24,988 nt of DNA from Armatimonadota bacterium (GTDB lineage Bacteria; Sysuimicrobiota; Sysuimicrobiia; Sysuimicrobiales; Humicultoraceae): the NCBI GenBank assembly GCA_052386995.1, contig JBQTJP010000278.1:1-24988 (forward strand). The letters run 5' to 3'. The notes under the pieces are model-generated. The model made no database searches and was not told the origin of the DNA. It was given only the letters and a program-made list of their open reading frames with translations. The position numbers and the translations under genes are program-made. How positions within the stretch are numbered: position 1 is the stretch's first letter; the number at the start of each line of letters is the position of its first letter. Positions 19,108 to 24,988 of this stretch are shown one piece after another.

Positions 19108-20147
19108 CCGAGCCGTCCGGCGCCGTGCGGCCGCACGCGCTCACGTACCAGAGCGCGGGGGTCGACACCGAGGCGAAGACGCGACTGCTCAGCCGCCTGG
19201 CGGACACCATTCGCGCGACACACTCCGACAATGTCGCGGCGGGCATCGGCGCGTTCGCCGGGGCGCTGCGCCTGCCCGCGGGAGAAGCGCTCGTCTTTGC
19301 TACCGTCGACGGAGTCGGCACCAAGACGTTGCTCGCGCGGCGTGCGGGACTCGACCGCGTGATCGGATGGGATGCTGTTGCCCACTGCGCCAACGATATA
19401 GTGTCGCAGGGCGCGCGTCCGGTGGCATTCCTCGACTACATCGCCATGGGCCGCCTGGTGCCGGCCGTGGTCGAAGAGATCGTCGGCGCGGCGGCCGAGG
19501 CGTGCCGCGCGCTCGGCGTCGCGCTGCTCGGCGGTGAGACGGCCGAGATGCCCGGCGCCTACGTGGCCGATGCCTACGATGTGGTCGGGATGATGATCGG
19601 CCTCGCCCCGCCCGACGGCCTCATCACGGGAGACGAGATCGCGCCCGGCGACCGCCTGATCGGGCTGGCCTCGACGGGCCTGCACACGAACGGGTACTCG
19701 CTGGCGCGCCGCGTCCTGGACGAGGCCGGTGTCCGGCTCGACGACCGTCCATTCGAGCTCGACTGCACCGTCGGTGAGGCACTGCTTGCCCCGCACCGGT
19801 GTTATGCACCCGCCGTGCTCGCGCTGACGGAATTTGTGCGCCCCAAGGGCATCGCGCACATCACCGGCGGCGGGCTCCGCGACAACCTGATCCGACCTCT
19901 TCCCGAAGGATGCCGCGCCCGCGTCTGGCGGTCGTGGCCCGAGCCGCCGATCTTCGCGTTCCTCCGGCGCGCGGGCAACATCCCAGAGGAAGAGATGATC
20001 GCGACCTTCAATCTGGGCATCGGGATGGTGCTGGTCGTCTCTGCGCGTGACGCGGCATGCGTTATTGCGCACTTCGAGGCGCAGGGGATTCCGGCATTTG
20101 AGATTGGCGAGATCGTCTCAGGCGCCCGGGGCGTCGAGCTGCCATGA
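19104..20147 (+). CDS. purM: AIR synthetase
   Basis: YQSAGVD, DGVGTK, FLDY, GGETAEMPG, GLHTNGYSL, AHITGGG and TFNLGIGM motifs. GTGA overlap with purF. Confidence 0.97.
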   Translation: MTEPSGAVRPHALTYQSAGVDTEAKTRLLSRLADTIRATHSDNVAAGIGAFAGALRLPAGEALVFATVDGVGTKTLLARRAGLDRVIGWDAVAHCANDIVSQGARPVAFLDYIAMGRLVPAVVEEIVGAAAEACRALGVALLGGETAEMPGAYVADAYDVVGMMIGLAPPDGLITGDEIAPGDRLIGLASTGLHTNGYSLARRVLDEAGVRLDDRPFELDCTVGEALLAPHRCYAPAVLALTEFVRPKGIAHITGGGLRDNLIRPLPEGCRARVWRSWPEPPIFAFLRRAGNIPEEEMIATFNLGIGMVLVVSARDAACVIAHFEAQGIPAFEIGEIVSGARGVELP

Positions 20148-20812
20148 CCAACGTCGCGGTCTTCGCCTCCGGCTCGGGGACGACGCTGCAGGCCATTCTT
20201 GATGCGTTCGCGACGCCGCGCGGGTCAGAGCACGTTCGGATCGCCGTGGTGGTCTCCAACAATCCGGCGGCGTATGCGCTGGAGCGCGCACGGCGCGCGG
20301 GCGTGCCTACCGTGCTCGCCGATCATCGCGGCCGCTCGCGTGAGGCGTTCGAGGCCGACTTGGCCGCCGCGGTCGACGCCCACCGCGCCGATCTCATCTG
20401 CCTGGCAGGCTTTCTTCGCATCCTCTCGCCGGCTTTCGTGGCCCGCTACGCCGGGCGCATCCTGAATACGCACCCGGCACTGCTGCCGGCGTTCGGGGGC
20501 AAAGGCATGTACGGCGATCGCGTGCATCGGGCGGTCCTCGCGGCCGGAAGTCCAACCAGCGGATGTACAATACATGTCGTGGACGAAGTCCCGGATGGCG
20601 GCCCGATCGTGGCGCAGGCCGCGGTCCCGGTGCTCGACGGCGACACGCCGGCCAGCCTCGCAGAGCGCGTGCAGACAGAGGAGCGCAGGCTCTATCCTGA
20701 CGCGATCCGCTGGTGGGCCGACGGTCGTATCCAAATCTACGGCCAGTCCGTGGTGCTGCGGCCGGCGAGCCCCGAGGGCCATCCGGCAGGCGAGCCCGCC
20801 GCCCGTCCCTGA
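20144..20812 (+). CDS. purN: Phosphoribosylglycinamide formyltransferase
   Basis: FASGSGT, LAGFLRIL, NTHPALLPAFGG, GCTIH and DGGPIVAQ motifs. Confidence 0.96.
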   Translation: MTNVAVFASGSGTTLQAILDAFATPRGSEHVRIAVVVSNNPAAYALERARRAGVPTVLADHRGRSREAFEADLAAAVDAHRADLICLAGFLRILSPAFVARYAGRILNTHPALLPAFGGKGMYGDRVHRAVLAAGSPTSGCTIHVVDEVPDGGPIVAQAAVPVLDGDTPASLAERVQTEERRLYPDAIRWWADGRIQIYGQSVVLRPASPEGHPAGEPAARP

Positions 20813-20833
20813 CTACCGCCTCATAGGAGGAAC

Positions 20834-22396
20834 GTGATGGGACCGATTCGGCGCGCGCTGCTGAGCGCGTCGGACAAGACCGGCCTTGTTCAGCTCGCGC
20901 AGGCGCTCGCGGCAGCCGGCGTCGATCTGGTGTCCACGGGTGGGACTGCCGCGGTGCTGCGCGACGCCAGTGTGCAGGTACGATCGCTGGACCTGGTCAC
21001 CGGATTTCCTGAAGTGCTCGATGGGCGGGTCAAGACGCTGCACCCGGCGATCCACGCCGGCCTGCTCGCCCGCGACACCTCCGCCGACCTGGGGGAGCTG
21101 AAGCGGCTCGGGATCACGCCGATCGACCTCGTCGCCGTGACGCTGTACAAGTTTGAGGAAGCGGCGGCCTCGGGCGTCGCGATGGCGAAGGCCGTCGAGC
21201 AGATCGACATCGGTGGCGTGACGCTGCTGCGCGCGGCGGCAAAGAACTGGGCCCGCGTCGTGGTGCTCAGCGCGCCCGAGCAGTACGGCGCGGTGATCGC
21301 CGCGCTCAAGGACGGCGGGACCGTCCCCGAGGCGATGCGCCTGCGGCTGGCGGCCGAGGCGTTCGCACGCACGGCGGCATACGAGGCGACCATCGCGGCA
21401 TACTTCGAGCGCGCTGCCGGCGAGGAGCCCGCGCGCGGCGAGCTCTTTCCCGATCGCCTGACCCTGGCCTTTCACAAGCAGGCCGATCTGCGCTACGGCG
21501 AGAACCCGCACCAGCGCGCCGCGCTCTACACCGCCGCGGCCGGTGCCGGCCCGGCCCCGGGAGAGGTGCTGTCTGCCGAGGTGCTTGGCGGCCGCGCACT
21601 TTCCTACAACAATATTGCCGACCTGGAGGCCGCCTGGGGGCTTGCGCGGGTCCTTCCCAGGCCGGCTGCGGTGATCGTCAAGCATATGAACCCCTGCGGC
21701 GCGGCACTGGGTGCGCACGTCCGCGACGCGTTCGTTCGCGCCCGGGAGGGGGATCCGGTTTCTGCCTTCGGCGGTGTCGTCGCGACGAACGTCGCCATCG
21801 ATCAAGCCGCGGCGGAATCCATGGGTGAGATGTTCCTCGAGGCGATCATCGCGCCCGCGTTCGATCCCGATGCGTTGAGCGTGCTCGCCGGGAAAAAGAA
21901 CCTCCGGCTGCTTGCCGCGGGAGGGCCGGGAGCCTCAGGCGGTGTGGAGTTCCGCAGTGTCCGGGGCGGTCTGCTGATTCAGGAGTCTGATGCCGTCGGC
22001 CGCGATGAGTCTGCGTGGAGAACCGCCACGGTCCGCGCGCCTGCGCCGGCCGAGTGGGACGACCTGCGTTTTGCGTGGACCGTCTGCGCGCACGTGAAGT
22101 CCAACGCCATTGTCTTCGCGAAGGACGCGCAGGTTGTCGGCGTAGGCGCGGGCCAGATGAGCCGCGTGGACAGCGTGCGCCTTGCGGCGGCCAAAGCCGG
22201 CGAGCGGGCGCGCGGGGCGGTAGCAGCCTCGGACGCGTTTTTCCCGTTCGCCGATGGGGTCGTGGCCGCGGCGGAGGCCGGCGTGACCGCCGTGATTCAG
22301 CCCGGCGGCTCGGTGCGCGACGAAGAGGTCATCGCCGCCGCCGACCGCTTCGGCCTCGCGATGGTCATGACCGGGGAACGGCACTTTCGCCATTGA
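20834..22396 (+). CDS. purH: Bifunctional AICAR formyltransferase / IMP cyclohydrolase
   Basis: [49 protein letters not shown] and QPGGSVRD motifs, ending RHFRH. AGGAGG SD. Start is GTG 20834 or ATG 20837. Confidence 0.97.
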   Translation: MMGPIRRALLSASDKTGLVQLAQALAAAGVDLVSTGGTAAVLRDASVQVRSLDLVTGFPEVLDGRVKTLHPAIHAGLLARDTSADLGELKRLGITPIDLVAVTLYKFEEAAASGVAMAKAVEQIDIGGVTLLRAAAKNWARVVVLSAPEQYGAVIAALKDGGTVPEAMRLRLAAEAFARTAAYEATIAAYFERAAGEEPARGELFPDRLTLAFHKQADLRYGENPHQRAALYTAAAGAGPAPGEVLSAEVLGGRALSYNNIADLEAAWGLARVLPRPAAVIVKHMNPCGAALGAHVRDAFVRAREGDPVSAFGGVVATNVAIDQAAAESMGEMFLEAIIAPAFDPDALSVLAGKKNLRLLAAGGPGASGGVEFRSVRGGLLIQESDAVGRDESAWRTATVRAPAPAEWDDLRFAWTVCAHVKSNAIVFAKDAQVVGVGAGQMSRVDSVRLAAAKAGERARGAVAASDAFFPFADGVVAAAEAGVTAVIQPGGSVRDEEVIAAADRFGLAMVMTGERHFRH

Positions 22397-22466
22397 ACTT
22401 ACGTATGCAAGAGCGATGCGTCACCGTCACCGCACGTCGAAGAGTTGCGCGATCGGAGGTAACCGC

Positions 22467-22898
22467 GTGAGGCGCTACGGCGCGATCGTGGCTACGATGC
22501 TCTTCGTCGTAGCGGGAGCGGCGGCGCTTTCGGCCGCATCCGCGCCGCCGGTGGCCGACGTTGCCGAGCCCGCACCGACCGTTCTGGCCGCGACAGAGCA
22601 GACGGACCGCGGGAAGGAACTCTTCGGGATGAACTGCGCGCGATGCCACGGCGAGCAGGGTGAGGGGACCGCTGATGGGCCTCGCCTGATCGGGGCTCCA
22701 AATGGTATCCCCACGTACATGACGGCGAAGGCGCTCTTCGACTTCGTCAGCACCGAGATGCCGAACGATGTACGCGGTAGCCTGATGCCACAGGTCTACT
22801 GGGACGTCCTGGCCTTCATCCTGGAGTCCAACCGGCTGCTGCCCCCCGACGTGACGCTGGGGCCGGAGAACGCCGCGAACATCCGGCTGTCCCCCTAA
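22467..22898 (+). CDS. Exported monoheme c-type cytochrome (class I)
   Basis: GGAGG SD before GTG 22467, signal peptide, GKELF...CARCHG heme-binding motif, GPRL, and a distal MP as likely axial Met. Confidence 0.88.
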   Translation: MRRYGAIVATMLFVVAGAAALSAASAPPVADVAEPAPTVLAATEQTDRGKELFGMNCARCHGEQGEGTADGPRLIGAPNGIPTYMTAKALFDFVSTEMPNDVRGSLMPQVYWDVLAFILESNRLLPPDVTLGPENAANIRLSP

Positions 22899-22906
22899 AA
22901 AGGCCA

Positions 22907-23665
22907 CTATCGCAAGCCGGCGAGTGCGGCGGCCGCAACAGTTCCCACGAGCGTGGCAAAGAGATTCACCACATGGTTGGTAAGCCACGCCACGCCTCGA
23001 ACCAGCACCACTCCGCCGCCAGGGTCCTCCGTGATTCCGCCATCGGGACGTCGAAAGGAAGCCTGCAGCGTTGCTCCCAGCAGGCTGTCGACGAACATCG
23101 CGAAGACGCCCGCGATCCATGCGGCGGTGAAAATGTGCGCCTGGCCCTGCGCACCGATCGCCGCAATCAAGATCGCACCCGCGACGCCCGCGAGTGATCC
23201 CACAAGGGTGACGGCGCCCGAGGTGCCGGCCGGCACATAAGCGCCGCTCGTGATGAGCCGAGGCGGATGCCGGCTGAGCATCCCGACCTCCGTCGCCCAC
23301 GTGTCCGCCGCCGCCGTCGCCAGCGCGCCAAGAAAGGCCGCGGGCAATAGCTGGCGGATCTCGGGGGAGACCACGTCGGTGCCCCACAGGACACTCACGA
23401 GCGCCGCGACGCCGCCGGTGCCGATGACCTGGCCGGCCGTACGCCCGCGCCTCCGGTGCTCTGGCTGGCTCTTCCGGCTGCGGCCCACCATTGTGAGCAC
23501 TGTGCCCGACAGGAAGAACGCCAGCAGCGCCGCGGCCCACAGGATTCCCCCGAAGTGAAGGATCGCGGCGCCGACGAGCGTCGCCGCAATAGCCCCGCCG
23601 ACAGTGAGCCATCCGAGCAGCCAGGCGACTGCGGCAACGGCCGCGGCAGCGAGCAGAGCCAGCAT
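22907..23665 (-). CDS. DUF92 family integral membrane protein
   Basis: Hydrophobic protein with GRTAGQV, ADTWATEVG, PRLITS, VPAGTSGAVT, DSLLGATLQ and NHVVN motifs typical of DUF92/TMEM19. Confidence 0.9.
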   Translation of the reverse strand: MLALLAAAAVAAVAWLLGWLTVGGAIAATLVGAAILHFGGILWAAALLAFFLSGTVLTMVGRSRKSQPEHRRRGRTAGQVIGTGGVAALVSVLWGTDVVSPEIRQLLPAAFLGALATAAADTWATEVGMLSRHPPRLITSGAYVPAGTSGAVTLVGSLAGVAGAILIAAIGAQGQAHIFTAAWIAGVFAMFVDSLLGATLQASFRRPDGGITEDPGGGVVLVRGVAWLTNHVVNLFATLVGTVAAAALAGLR

Positions 23666-23707
23666 CCCGTTTCGGTTGGGCGAGGCCCGATGTTCTTCCT
23701 TCAGGCC

Positions 23708-23737
23708 TTGACATGAATCTAGGCCTGGGGGTATAAA
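23708..23737 (+). promoter_or_regulatory. rRNA operon promoter
   Basis: TTGACA-N18-TATAAA about 115 nt upstream of the 16S gene. Confidence 0.65.
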
Positions 23738-23773
23738 TAGGTGCCCTGCGCGAGACCCATCGTCTCACGCTCC

Positions 23774-23793
23774 GTACCTTGACAACCGCATAG
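23774..23793 (+). promoter_or_regulatory. rRNA leader boxA-like / processing-stalk sequence
   Basis: GTACCTTGACAACCGCATAG resembles the TCTTTGAAAAC-type leader element seen upstream of 16S genes. Confidence 0.5.
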
Positions 23794-23849
23794 TGGTAAG
23801 GAGCCGCACGCTAGGCCTGACGAATCCTTTGGGTCTTTGACTCGAAGAT

Positions 23850-24988
<1,139 letters not shown>

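Noticed and set aside
23779..23784. Second TTGACA as a tandem rRNA promoter
   Set aside because: No -10 element at 16-18 nt spacing. It is better explained as part of the boxA-like leader sequence.

Overview
High-GC bacterial chromosomal window made mostly of housekeeping genes. From left to right: a minus-strand antitoxin-first hicB-hicA toxin-antitoxin pair (hicA cut by the window edge and missing from the ORF track); a plus-strand run of D-cysteine desulfhydrase-family enzyme, LmeA/DUF2993-like exported protein, peptidase C26 amidohydrolase, full-length NfeD protease and tsaE-tsaB-rimI-tsaD; a CIRCE-controlled groES-groEL operon with terminator; a tightly coupled purine cluster purD-purA-purB-purC-purS-purQ-purL-purF-purM-purN-purH without purE/purK; a monoheme cytochrome c; a convergent DUF92 membrane protein; and an rRNA promoter, leader and the 5' ~1.1 kb of a 16S rRNA gene. 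I found no convincing new multi-gene system, CRISPR array or mobile element. The best leads are modest: a divergent PurA placed where purEK normally lie, purC and purS in one frame with no proper purS start, an 11-bp inverted repeat and structured leader between hicB and the desulfhydrase, a PurBox-like site, and an NfeD with no SPFH partner.
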